DNA of 54,459 bases, the filler included, from Basidiobolus ranarum (Eukaryota), in NCBI GenBank assembly GCA_040143965.1. It is 3 parts of 3 records of this genome, joined end to end, with 100 filler letters (N's around TTAATTAATTAA, not from the genome) between each part and the next. Parts side by side here need not be neighbours in the genome. Positions count along the whole stretch, not along the records: positions 1 to 18,124 come from JASJQH010007158.1; 2 more parts are not named here. The stretch is one strand, 5' to 3'. Positions 1-12,598 of the stretch are shown here, one piece after another. The notes beneath the pieces were generated by a model that saw only the letters and a list, made by a program, of their open reading frames with translations, ran no database searches and was not told the origin of the DNA. The number at the start of each line of letters is the position of its first letter. Positions within the stretch are counted from its first letter, which is position 1. The position numbers were made by a program, and so were the translations under genes.

Positions 1-765
1 TAAGTAAATTCCGATTGAGAATAATTGATAATATCTTAGTGAGTTATAAGATAACTAAGTACTAAGCTATATATGACTATATAGGTGTTTAGGCAATGCT
101 AATTTCAACAACTGAAACACTATCATAAGTTGCCTCTAATATATAAAGTCTATCCCCATTATGTCAAGATCCTCCAACGGAATGTAGGGGCTATAGATAC
201 ATTGCTTTCTAGTTTCTGATATATGTATCATGACTAAATTTAACTAAGATATTGTATAAAGATTGATTATCCAATATGCATAAAACAAATATGACAGCAG
301 ATATGTCATATTTGACTAGTGGATTGATTAGTTGAGAGAGTTCATCCATATCACTTGAAGCTAAATTCCAATACTGACACATTTCTCTATCAAGAAGTAC
401 ATTAGTGGTGTGATTAAAGACCATATTATCACTCAAAGACAAATGGATCAGCTCATCAAGCTCTTGTGCACACGCTTTTTAGCAACTGCACTTCAAACTT
501 CACTAGATAATATACACTCAAGGAGCATATAAATATGAGCATTTCCATATATAGTGGTAGTTGTCAAAGAGTACATTCAGTGTATATGCTATATATATGA
601 CAGTGCAGCAACGCAAATAAGCATTCTATGAAACTTTGGGCGTCATCGATAACCAGGCAACCGGATACAATCAGCGGCAAAACAATGCTGACTAAGTGTG
701 ATGAATATAATAAGTGGGATGAATATAAAAGTTTCTCTTGGGAGCATCACCACAGTAATACTTCA

Positions 766-1005
766 ATGCGCAACTTGATTTTCCTAGCGATTTTCTCATG
801 GTCCATTGTTTATTCACAATCAGCGCCTATTTTGAAAGCAGATGGACCATCACTATTCAACATACATAACCCATCTAACCTACACAATCCTGAGTTGGCT
901 CTAAACTTGGGAAAATTAGATTTTGAGTATATCTATTATTATGCAAAGCAGGAGATGCGAGTCCGTAACTATCTAGAAGCAGAGATAAACTCGGAGGAGA
1001 ACTGA
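766..1005 (+). CDS. Small secreted orphan protein (79 aa)
   Basis: ATG at 766 gives MRNLIFLAIFSWSIVYSQSA, a basic/hydrophobic/small-residue signal peptide, and TATAAAA lies at 724-730. The ORF-track start at 628 lies upstream of that TATA. No recognisable domain. Confidence 0.55.
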   Translation: MRNLIFLAIFSWSIVYSQSAPILKADGPSLFNIHNPSNLHNPELALNLGKLDFEYIYYYAKQEMRVRNYLEAEINSEEN

Positions 1006-1227
1006 TGGCAATTATTGTATGTAACACACTTCCGATGAACAAACTCTTCTCGTATGGATATAGATTCACCATATTCTTTTTTGTTCGGATTCATTAGATA
1101 AGAGGTATTAGATGTTAATTGTATCCTTTCTAACAGATAACGATGATTTACTTGTGATTCATTGTCACGTTGTCGTGAAATAAAGTTACCTGGACGTTCA
1201 AGTAAAATCTATGCAACTCAAGCAACA

Positions 1228-2573
1228 TTAAACATAGCTTTTCTTCTTAAAGAGGGGTGCAAGCGTTTCACCGTTGTGAATTCTTCGTATAGCCTCGGCA
1301 AAAGGCCCAGATACGTCAATGGTACGTAGCTTATTACACAACGCTTTCTTTTCTTCGTGGGGAACAGTGTTTGTTACCACTACTTGGCTAATTGGGGATT
1401 TATTGATGATCTCAATGGCCTTTCCGGAAAGAATGCCGTGCGCAACAACCGCATAGATCTCGGTAGCTCCTCTCTGGTGAAGTAGCTCGGCAGCAAGACC
1501 AAGGGTACCACAAGTATCAGCAATATCATCAATAATGATCACCGGTTTACCCTGAACATCACCAACTAGCGATATACGTGACACTTCGTTGGTTTTTCCT
1601 TCCTTGTGAATAAGGGCAAGGTCGAGGTTAAGTTGATTGGCAACTGAAGTGGCTCTTTTGGCACCACCAGCATCAGGAGAAACGATGACAGCGTCTTGGT
1701 AATTAGGAATTTGAGATTTGATGTAATCAAGAATCGAAGATTCAGCCGTGATCATATCCACTGGAATATCGAAATATCCTTGGAATTGGGGATCGTGTAA
1801 GTCCATTGTGATGATATGATCGGTACCTGAAATACCCAATCGACATGTTAGCAATGATATGATATCAAAATATTATAGCGCAAGCATCTTTTACCGGCTG
1901 CGATAAGCAAGTTGGCGACGAGCTCACCGGACCTGGCAACCCAGTGTTTGTAGGCACCATCAGGTTTTATCCAACGATTGTCCATGGGAACGTGAATGGT
2001 AGGATTACTCTGTTGACCAGTGGGTGCGAGTCTGGGGGTGGTGCTAGGAGAGGTAATATCCGAGAGAGCACCTACCACTTCACTTCTCAGGATAGAAGTG
2101 ATAGAGCTCATTGGAGCAACAGAAGGGAGGAGGGATTCAGTAGGGACATCGCTGTCTTTATCCTTATTTTCTGGATCAACAGCAGGGGAGAGAACAATAT
2201 TTGAAAGGTTGGGGGAATCTCGGAGACCGACGTAAGCACTTTTACTAACTGGCACTCCACTCTTGGCGTAGGGAATATCAGGTTGTCTAGAATATGGAAA
2301 ATATGGGAGAACAACAGTGACTTTCTTTGCACTAGCAGTTTTACAAGCAGAGATCATGATCAAGAGCTCCATGAAATTGTCGTTAACTTTTCCAGAACCA
2401 GATTGAACAATGTAAACATGTTGATCGCGAACTGACTTCCAAATTTCGACATTGGTTTCCGCATTAGAGAATTTTCTCAAATTAGCAGGAGCTGCTTCCA
2501 CGCCGAGACGAGCGCAAATTGCGTCAGTAAGGTCTGGGTGAGAAGAGCCAGAAAAAACTAAAAGATTACGCAT
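1228..2573 (-). CDS. PRS5: Ribose-phosphate pyrophosphokinase, Prs5-like, with a long Ser/Pro-rich non-homologous insert
   Basis: Two exons (2573-1895, 1826-1228) with GT-AG intron 1894-1827 and GCTAAC branch point. Motifs VFSGSSHP, PYFPYSRQ, ITMDLH, VSPDAGG, DDIADTCGT. About 110-aa insert after YSRQPD, as in fungal Prs5. Confidence 0.93.
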
Positions 2574-3357
2574 AGCGTCAATGAGGTTGGGAGAAGATAC
2601 AAAACGGTACTAACTCGTGGTTTGCCCGTGGAAATGATAATATATCTATCATAAGCTGGGGTTCTCAATATTTTTTCTTGTTTTGAATCAAGTTTGAAAT
2701 TTGTTTATCTATGTGATTCCGGATCAACCTCATTGTATTATGGAATTTAATACTCGGATAGTGATCATCTACTGAGTCATTTCCAGTAATCGACACTGAT
2801 TGAACCTTGCCAACCTTGACATAACCTAACCAACCTTCAGAAGTTGATTTTAGCCCTAACCCAGTTTTCCATTCTGCGTAGAAGATATGCAATGCCTCGG
2901 AGACGTCAACTTTAAAGGCATTTTTGTATGACCTGGGAATCAATTATATCTGGATTTGTACTTGTGCTTGTAGTCCCTACCAATCGTATTCGTATTGATC
3001 TGTAATATGCCCAGAGATATCCACGGTCGATATAGAAAAGCTTAATTGAATCTCAGCCCCATTTCTCTTGGGAGCTGCCCACCTCAAAATATCATTAATT
3101 TATATATTCAATGTGTTGCCACAAAATTGATTATTTTCTGACTTTATAGATTGTCTAGATTTCTTAGAATTGGATTGGTGGAACCGTAACTAAGGTTGAT
3201 ATGTGGAGAATGAATCTAGAAAAGGGTAAACTCCGAGGTCCATTTAGAAAGTCTCTACAAACCCACCACTTGTCAACCTCTTTCTCCTCTTTGTTCCTGA
3301 AATTCCCTCGTCTTTGAGCACTCTAATTTATAGTATTCATCCGATTGTCAAGTAGTG

Positions 3358-4004
3358 ATGTCTGCCGCAAATAATCAATACAAAGACCGTAACTTTATTG
3401 CTGTTCTTGGAGATGAGGTTTATACTTCTTTTCTGTAGCGCAAAACCATCCTCCTAGCGGTGGCTAATCATATGGTTAACTATTTCATGTTTAGGACACT
3501 GTTACTGGTCTTCTCCTTGCAGGTGTTGGTCACATTGACTCTAGACAGAAATCCAATTTTTTGGTAGTCGATGCCAGTAAGTCACTTTTCCTTCTAGTGT
3601 ATCTTTTTGATATTCCTCTTTAATCATAGTATTTTTATGAAATATTTAGAGACCACTTTAGCTGCCATTGAAGAGGCATTTTTGGAATTTACTCGCCGTA
3701 AAGATATCGCCATTGTACTTATCAACCAACATGTAAGTTAGTTTTGTAACTAGTTGAGTTCAAGGTTATGTCATCTTAATATTCAATTATTTCTTTTAGG
3801 TTGCTGAAGACATCCGTGAGCTAATTGATAATCACGATCAAGCTTTCCCTACCGTTCTTGAAATCCCCTCTAAGGATCAACCTTATGGTAAGTTTGAACC
3901 CTTAATAGAATGTTACTTAGAGATCTTGTATACTTACGTCTTTATTTTCAGACCCTGCTAAGGATTCCGTACTCAGACGTGTCCAAAGACTCTTCGGTGA
4001 ATAG
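3358..4004 (+). CDS. VMA7: V-type ATPase subunit F (5 exons)
   Basis: Spliced product MSAANNQYKDRNFIAVLGDE/DTVTGLLLAGVGH...DIAIVLINQH/VAEDIR...PTVLEIPSKDQPY/DPAKDSVLRRVQRLFGE*. Canonical introns. Absent from the ORF track. Confidence 0.96.
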
Positions 4005-4428
4005 ATGACCATATTCTGGTTCGATGCACTTGTCTCAACTTTTGACCCTCACTTCATTACGTAAAATTATCTAGCTTAGTATCGTTGAATACCCCAAACC
4101 TAATAAAAAATCAAATACCTAATTCAAAGCTAATACTCTAATGCCGCTTATTACCGTAATTAACTTCATAATAAATCAACATGATGCAGAGCAAGTACCT
4201 CAAGAGTATCCTTAGTCCTTAACCTTGATTGTTTCTTACTACGGGTGGTCACAATATTCAAATGTACATGGGAGATAGTCCAACTAACCATTTGAATGAT
4301 ACAAATATAGTTGATTTATTTTTAAAATGACTTGAGCAACGTAAACTAGAGAGTAATTCAAATGTACACAGTCCTATATATGAAAAATTAGGAATACTGA
4401 AGGTTGAAAAGATGTTTGGGAAGCAACC

Positions 4429-6351
4429 TTAAGCAACGCGGATGATACCGGCATCGATGAGTTTACGGATTTTACTGGCGACTGCGGGGTTCTTCATATG
4501 ATCTTGTGCAGCCTTGGGGTCTTCTTGCATCTGTTGAAGAATTTGGTTCATAACAGGATCTGCTAAAATTTGTTGTACTTCGGGATCATTGGCAGCTCTC
4601 TTCAAAGTTTCCTCGCGTGATTCATTCTCACCGCTGCCACCTCCTTGCATAGCCATGTAACAACGAGTCATTTGTTGTTCAATTTCATTACGGTGCTTAC
4701 CATCCTTATCATGGGTCTTAGCGGTTTCACAAGTTTCGATACATTTGGTGTACTCACGCTTAAGGAACTCAATAGCAGCCTTGCGGATATACCCCTTAAC
4801 GAAAGATGGGTCAATAGTGATACAAGATTCGCAATCTTTCAAAGCCTCATGGAAAGCCATGAGCTTAGTATAACAAGCGGCACGGTTACTATAAGCTCTA
4901 GGATCTTTATCGTTACGTTTGATAGCTTCAGTGAATTGCTTTACAGCTTCGGCGAAGTTACTTTTCTTGAAGAGTTCGTTTCCAGCCTCACGAGCTTTAT
5001 CAGACAATTCTGGGCTATAGTAGGCATCTTTAATCTCCTTTTCCTTCAACTTTTCAGCCTCACGAAGCTTATTGAGAATATCAGGAGTACGGTGCTCGGT
5101 TAAAGATTTGTTGTAGTACTTAATGGCTTCATCAAGTTGGTTCAACTTGAAGTAAGCGTTTCCGATACGACCGAAAGCCTTAGCAATTAGCTTGAAATCA
5201 GCACGGAGTTCTCTACCGACCTCAACAGCCTCCTCGCATGTCTTGATGCATGCTTCGAAATTACCCATTTCAAATTGTACAGCGGCTTGGTTAGTGAGAA
5301 TAGTGATGTTTGTAGGATCAAGCTCCCAAGCCTTGGCGTAATGCTCCAGAGCGGCATCAAATTCACGTTTCTTGTATCTTTGATTTCCCAAATCCTTTTC
5401 TTTGACAGCTTCCTCCTTTTGCTTCTCTTCTTCGGTAAGTTCCTTGGGTGTCTCGGGAACAGGTTCGGATTTAGGTGTAGGCTTAGAAGGCTCGGCCTTA
5501 GGTGTTGGCTCAGATTGGTACATGGGTGGCTGATCTTCGGAATCAACTTGCATGGCGTCCATCTCTTCCTTAGTCTTGACTTCAGCACCAAGAACAGACA
5601 TGAGAACGGATAAGATTCTTTGATCTTGCATATATTCGCTCATTAAGTTAGGGTTCTTCTGGATCTCTTGGATCTTTTGAACAAAGTCAGGTTGAGCAAG
5701 ATAAGGAGAAAGCTTGGGGTTGGTGGCAATCTTTTGCCAGATATCATCTTTGAAGAATTCCTTGAGACCAGCGATAGGTGAATCATCTGATAAATCAATT
5801 AGACGTTAGATATAATCGAAAGGAGATTCTTTCTTGGATCAAGTAGAACTTACCAGAGTTGTACATGGCGAATTCAGCTTCTTCTAAGCCCTTCTTCAAT
5901 TGAGCATTGTTAGGCTCAATAGCCAAACCTTCTTTGTAAGCTTGACGAGCTTCCTCGGTTTTGTTTAAACCGTGAAGAGCAGCACCTTTACGTCCGTAAC
6001 CCTAAGAACATTAAGAATAAGTAATTATCAAGGAAAAATGGAAATAAATGTACTCACTTTAGCCCAGTCTTTCTTTAACTCGATGGTCTTCTCAGCATCC
6101 TCTAAAGCCTTTTCGTATTGCTTAAGGGAAGCGAAGCAGGCTGAACGGTTGGAGTAGAAAACGTGGTTATCTGGGGTGAGTTCGATAGCTTCACTGAAAT
6201 ACTTGATAGCATTTTCGTAATCTTTGGCGAGGAAAGCTTTGTTTCCGAGCGCTTTGAGTTCGTCAGCCTAGATATAGCGAAGGAAAATAGGTAAGTCAAA
6301 TGAGATCTAAAGGAAATGAATATAGTAGTGGTCAAACTAAAGCAATACCAT
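4429..6351 (-). CDS. STI1: Hsp70/Hsp90 organising co-chaperone Sti1/Hop (TPR1-DP1-TPR2A-TPR2B-DP2)
   Basis: First coding exon is ATG only (6351-6349), intron 6348-6268, then [15 protein letters not shown] repeats (YSNRAACY), DP motifs ([13 protein letters not shown]), C-terminus [11 protein letters not shown]. Confidence 0.96.
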
Positions 6352-6673
6352 GTTGATAATAGATATGAGTTGAACGTAAAGTGATGTAAGAAACGGATTA
6401 TGCCCACCTTTATTAGAATAAATATGAAATACTCAATCTACACCGGGTGGATTTGGATTCATCAATTGGCTGATAATTACAGAAAAATTCACAAGGATGT
6501 CAAGAAATTTCTAGTTCTTTCCTAGATACTCCCAACAAAGAAAATTGTCCAAATGATGACTCTGCTCAGCATTGAAACTTGCTTGATTACCTAATTCCTC
6601 TAATCATTTCATGGCAACGTACAGCACTGAATCTACTAATTCTGGAATTACACATAAATCCTTAGTGATTATT

Positions 6674-6688
6674 TGAAGATTCTAGAAT
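6674..6688. promoter_or_regulatory. Heat-shock element (3 inverted nGAAn units) in the STI1/SAP18 divergent promoter
   Basis: tGAAgaTTCtaGAAt is a perfect HSE. Further 2-unit HSEs near 6504 (GAAatTTC) and 6640 (TTCtgGAA). STI1 is a classic HSF target. Confidence 0.65.
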
Positions 6689-6849
6689 TTATACAATTGA
6701 GACTGATTTTGATAGTTTCAAGTGCTTGAAAAAAATATAGTCTAATCATGAAATAGACAATTGATAGAGAAAATAAGCTAAACACGTAAAATAACTGGTT
6801 CAATATCCAAGCATATTTTCATTCACATACTATCTTTATATTCCAAGAA

Positions 6850-7656
6850 ATGAGTGATCGTCGACGATTAGCAAAAGAACGTGTTCCCGATCCTTATTCA
6901 AATAACTCCCGCAAAGCAAAAAGTAATAAAGTCGTGGTAGATCGGGAAAAAGTAGGCTTTCTTTCTTGTCGATTAAAATTTATACACTTGAAATTTGTGT
7001 AAATTCCATCAAGACACTGTAGTTCGCTCATAAATTTACCTTTTATTTTATCAATAGACGACTCCTTTTCTGGTCAGATTATTTTGCAAAGCTGGTGAGC
7101 ATCACCGGATAAAGGATTACGATCTTGAGAAAACTCCAGTTACTGATGAGATTCAACTGTATGCATGGTAAGCTAATGAAGTCATCTACCCAATTGTTTA
7201 GCATAATTGCGTGTCCAAATATGCATGTAATACAACTATTATAATACAAACTACTCACTCCGTTTTATCAAAAGGAAAGACACAACCTTGAAAGAGCTCA
7301 CAATGTTGCTAAAGGAGCATAATCCAGAGTACGTACGTCGTGATACCAGGTTTTCTTTCAAAATCATCTATCAAGATAACCTTCGAGGACGTTTTATCCC
7401 AAAAGATATCGGTTCCGTATTGAATTCTCGTAAATCGCCTGAAGAAGAAAAGACGTTAGATGAAGCACGCTTCGTTATTGGAGATTATTTGGACGTGGCA
7501 GTTGGCCATGGTCCGTTTACATTATCTGGTAGAACCGGTGACCATCGTGCCACAAATAGTAAATTCCGAGAGAGAAGACCAAGTGAACGGGGAGGTTTCG
7601 AAACTATGAGAAAGCGTCCCAGCGACCGTAAAGCCGGATTTCGTGATCGCAAATAA
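6850..7656 (+). CDS. SAP18: Sin3-associated/ASAP complex protein SAP18 (3 exons)
   Basis: Spliced VVDREK/TTPFLVRLF...DEIQLYAW/KDTTLKEL...EKTLDEARFVIGDYLDVA, which is the SAP18 signature. Arg-rich tail. Confidence 0.93.
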
Positions 7657-8460
7657 ACGTTTGTTTAATAGTTGAATAATAACATTTCATCCAAAATGAC
7701 TTTCCTATACTTTGCTTTCTATATGTAATGGAATAGATTCATTCTTTGATACGTAGACACCTAGGACAACTAGATACTGATTAGTCTATTGAGCATCAAT
7801 TCAAGGATATGGTATTATCTTGGTTTCTTTATCATGACAGAATGTTGGTAGCCTCTTTATATTTGACTTTAGCATGTGGTATAGTCTTTGTAGAATGCAA
7901 ACTCTACGAGATGTGACTGTCTGGGCCTTGTAAACTCATGTCAGTGAACCAATTAACCTTCTATCGTATATGCCAAAGATGCAATGAACTTGAGATAATA
8001 CATGGGAGGAGTTTATGGTATCGCAACTTTATTTGTGTTAAAGATAATATCACAGCTATTTTGCTACACTGTAATCATTTTGGCCAGGTGCCACCTTTGA
8101 TAGTTCTGATTAACTCCTTTGATATATACGGAGATCTAATTAAGCATAATTATTTATTTTGTTCGATGACATCAATACCATTCTAGCGTACAGGTCGACT
8201 ATTTTGATTTTCTCAATCTGCATAGATTCAGATTCGAAAAGTTGACGTTGTTATTTTCGTCACGTGCATAATTGCCTGTGAGCTTTAATTGTACTGTCAT
8301 ATCTTGTTACATGTCCATAGAAAGCCTCTAGTCTTTCCAACCTTTAGAAATAATATCTGAGGGCACTCACCCATTCATATATACTGAACACCATTTTATC
8401 TCCTTGAGCCATAAATTCAGTTCGGTAACTTGTCCCGTTCTTCTGAGATAACTGCCCAAT

Positions 8461-11400
8461 ATGACCCAATCTAGACACGATTATTGTGTTTCACAACTAT
8501 CTACCAGCGACAAAACAGAGCGAATTAAAGCTCTTAGGTTCATTAAGAATAGTATTATTGGAAATAGAACGAAGAAAGATCTTTATATCAGCCTTAATAT
8601 TCTTCCAAGGTATTCACACCGTATATCCTACTACCTAAACATACTAAGACCACGTCCTCTGCAACCAGATTGATTGAAATCATTGTAAAAAATGATAATA
8701 CTACAGATCCACAATCTAAAATCCAGGCTGTTGTTATTCTGGGTAGCCTGGCATACGGTACGTGCTTTAGTTTAAGACTTTAGCATTTATTGTAGTTATC
8801 TCTTAATTTCTGATAATTTTTGTATTTCATCGTTGTCTTTTAATTCAATGTGGTCATAATAATCTTGTATACTAAATATACATAATTCATGTAGGGAATG
8901 AGGAAAACGTTTGCACATTGATCGATTCTGGTGTGATACCACCACTTTTAGATTGCCTAACCCTCCGCAACGAACCAAAGCTTATAGAAGCTGCAGCTAG
9001 GGCTTTAAAGGCAATATTTAACTCACCTAGAGCACCTAAACAACATATATTTGAGGTACTACTATAATTTAGCCATTGAGCTGTTCCGTTGCTAATATAT
9101 TTCTATAATCAGACTGGGCATATGATTGAACTTGTCAATTTATTAAAAGGCTTCTCGCAAGCCTCCAAAGACATTCTTTTCAACTGTCCTTACGCCACCC
9201 ATGTCCCAGAATTGGTGGCTACTATTATTGCAAGGTGTTGTGAAAACGTTGAACAGCAAATGCAGATTGTTTCTGCTGGTGCACTGCCTCTTTTAGTAGA
9301 TTTGATGTCCTGTGGACATGCTAAGGTTATATGTTTGATTTTCAAGTATGCAATTCATATATTAATATGATACTATTCAGATTCAAGAGGCGGCCCTAGA
9401 TACTCTTCAGGCACTCTGCCTTGAAAATCCAGAGATTGGAAAATCAGTAGTTGGAACAAGAAGTATGAATTGGTGCACGTTCAACTTGATATCCATGAAG
9501 TATGCTCATAGTTTCCTTGACAATAGAGAATGGAGATCAACCGATAGAAATCATGTTAAAGCTAGTACGCGACAGGTCCAAAAGCATGCAACTCCTCGCT
9601 GCTACATGGTAATACTCCATCTTCCTAATATATCTTGGATCATGATTAATTAAATTTTAATTTGATAGCCTAATTAATTTGAGCAGATCCGATGTCATTC
9701 CGGACCATCAATCAGATATCGTTTTAATTGTACTTCCAACTGTAGTCAAACTTCTGAGTGAACCTAGCATATCTCGAGAGAAGGCATCATTTGTTCTCGG
9801 TTAGTTCCTCGTTTCTTTGTGAGTCGTAGATTCACTTTGTATTAACATCGAAGCTACATTGTCACTTAGCTTACTTGGTCAGTGAGAGCGAGGAGTTACA
9901 GAAAGCTGCATGTGATTGCGATGCTATTGTCAAATTAACAAGCTTAATATGTCAGCCTGACGAAGAGCTTAGTAATCCTGAAGCGCAAGCACATTGTGAT
10001 AGAATCAAAGAGGTTTTTCAATCGATAAAATTTCACTTATGCTTTAGGCCGTATTTCTCACAATTTATCATAAATAGAGTGCATTACTTGCGATAGCGGC
10101 GATCAGCTCGCTGAAAGAAGAATGTCGCGTTCAAGTGAGTTTGACCCTTGCATATACTTTGAGTTTATCTTTAATTTACACATATATATTATTAGGTTAT
10201 TGAAGCCAAAGCACTTCCTCATATTGTCACAGCAATGTCACACCGAAATGTTGGAGTTAGAGCTGCTGCTTGCCAATGCACAAGAAGCCTGTCTCGCTCT
10301 GTAAAGAACCTGAGAACTAGCCTGGTTGATGCTGGAATAGCTCTTCCATTATTTCAAGTAAAAACCGAAGATTTATCCTTGGTCAACAACATATACTTCA
10401 AACAATCTAATTCTTACGTTGTTAGCTCCTCTCTGACGAATCTACCAGCGTTCAGACGACGGCATCTGCCACTTTATGCAACATTGTACTTGGTTTCTCA
10501 CCCATGAAGATTGTAATATCTCACATATGATTCTGTGCTTTACCAATCCCTAATATCTCGATGTATCATTCAGACTGTTTTAGAAAATGGCGGCATTGAG
10601 CGCCTGGTGAACCTAGTAAGCTCTGTGGATAGTAACCTAAGACTCAACGCTGTATGGGCTTTGAAAAATCTTCTGTTCCAAGCGGAGCCTGAAATTAAGC
10701 AAACTGTCATGAAACACTTGACATACCCCAAACTACAAACGTAAACACATAACGTCAAAGATATCAACTGATAAAATCTTTACATATCTTATTCTTTGAT
10801 AGGCTGCTCAATGATGCGGAGATTAGTATCCAAGAACAAGCGTTAAACCTTTTGAGAAACCTAGCGTGTGATCACGAAACTGTAAGTATTAACCATCCCC
10901 TAATGTCCAAAGGCAACCCTTAGTGACCAAGTATGTTACTTGCAATGCAGAATATCGAAGAAGTTTTTGAAGGAATTGGCGAGTGTAGTTTGGTTTCCTT
11001 GTTTGAGAACAAATTAAAATCCAACTATGAAGATATCATCCTTCAGGTATGTGCATTGGCCCATTGCTGATTCTGGAATTTCAACTAAGTATCCCAGACT
11101 TTGTACACAATTGTTAATGTTGCTACTGGAAACGAGCGACATAAAATGGCCATTATCAACAGTGACGCAATTCTTAGTTCAATCTCCGATTATATGGTAA
11201 TCTATTTAACAGAATTGAGAGCCATTGAAACTCTCTAACCTTCCGTTTTTTCAGACCCATTCCAAGGCCTCTATTCGTGTAGCTACTGTCTGGTGCATCA
11301 TAAACCTGACTTGGACTGAAGAACGACATGGTGGTATGTATTTCAGAGCAGATATTAAACGTAGAAAATACTTACACATTGAAACATCAGTTGGTTATGC

Positions 11401-11536
11401 AGAAAGAGTCCGTAAACTTCAAACTCTTGGCTTTGAGAGTAAGCTTAGTGCGCTAGCAGATGACACGGATTTGGATGTGCGTGATCGAGTAAAAACTGCC
11501 CTAACTCACTTTCGTACCACTGAACGTTACCCTTGA
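8461..11536 (+). CDS. ARMC8: Armadillo-repeat protein ARMC8 (Gid5/Vid28, GID/CTLH E3 complex), many exons
   Basis: N-terminal ALRFIKNSIIGNRTKK. ARM repeats VRAAACQCTRSLSRSVKNLRTSL and LRLNAVWALKN. C-terminal DLDVRDRVKTAL. Exons linked by short GT-AG introns. Confidence 0.9.
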
Positions 11537-12598
11537 AGTCAATTAGTCACCATGTGTTCTCATTAAATCAACAACACGCCAGCCTTCCTGATTCAAAACT
11601 CTCACTGCTCCGAATCTGAACACTTCACATTATTACTGTGTTCCACTGAGGTTTTGTTGTATATTCTTACACTTCGTTTCTCTCACTTCTATTGAATAGG
11701 CCAACCTGGCCCCCAAGTCTCTTCCCAACTACTACAATATGGCCTCTCTTATCCCTTCCCTCTATTCAATCAATAACCGTATTGGTACAAGAACTTGCCT
11801 TCATTTATATTAACGAAAATTCATTGATGCCTTTACGCATCAGACTAAAGCCAAGAATTTAAATTCTCATTTAATCAGCCACGTCTCTTTCACTACGAAC
11901 CTTCCTTAATTTATTCTTCAGTCGATTTTTCGGAAGTATCAAGACTTATGATTGTTATCGATTATTAAGCCAAACCGACCGACAAGAGCCCTTCTATGAG
12001 GTAGTAAACATTACACTTCATCTGTATTTCACTCCATTAGATTTACAAGAGTTCAATAAAATCGCCATGTCTGTGTAACCAGAAATATTTTGAATGAACA
12101 GGTATTGGATATTGTTTTTGACAAAATTTGAATATTTCTATCCTTCTTTTGTTTGTCTAGAGACAGATGTTCGTATTTTACTAGTGACCGTGGATGTTAA
12201 ATTGAAGATGGCCAACACAACTGAATGAGCGTCAGATATTGTATTTCTTCGGTAAATTGAGAGTGAAAGCTAATGTGACACGTTTTATCACTCACTCCAA
12301 TATTTACATTATATGGAATGAAATACTTCTTTAAGAAACGATGTACGTTTCAAGAGAGAAAATCGTAAGCAGGGGGGGGGATAAGTAGTACATGATGTTT
12401 ATTAAAAGAATGGGAATGAGATTTTTCTTTAACTTCGTTTTAGAAGAAAAATCAAGTGCTTGTTGCTTATGACCAAAGGCAAAGACAACTTTATATTGAA
12501 GAGTTCAAAATGTTGAGTGCTTGAAGTATAAAAGTAAAAATACTATGTGAACAAGTGAAAAGTAAACCAATGAAAGTATGGGGAAAACCCGAAGTTCT

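Noticed and set aside
4206-4224. GTATCCTT next to TCCTTAAC (U12-type donor and branch motifs)
   Set aside because: The motifs are adjacent, too close to form an intron, and lie between convergent 3' ends. All introns I reconstructed were U2-type GT-AG.
4645-5613. Antisense and alternate-frame ORFs over STI1 (likewise over PRS, MRPL20, RPN1, the transporter and the chitinase)
   Set aside because: Shadow ORFs caused by codon bias of the real genes. No motifs.
12301-12308. UGUAAAUA Puf3-type element downstream of MRPL20
   Set aside because: About 290 nt past the stop and beyond an AATAAA near 12400, so probably outside the mRNA.
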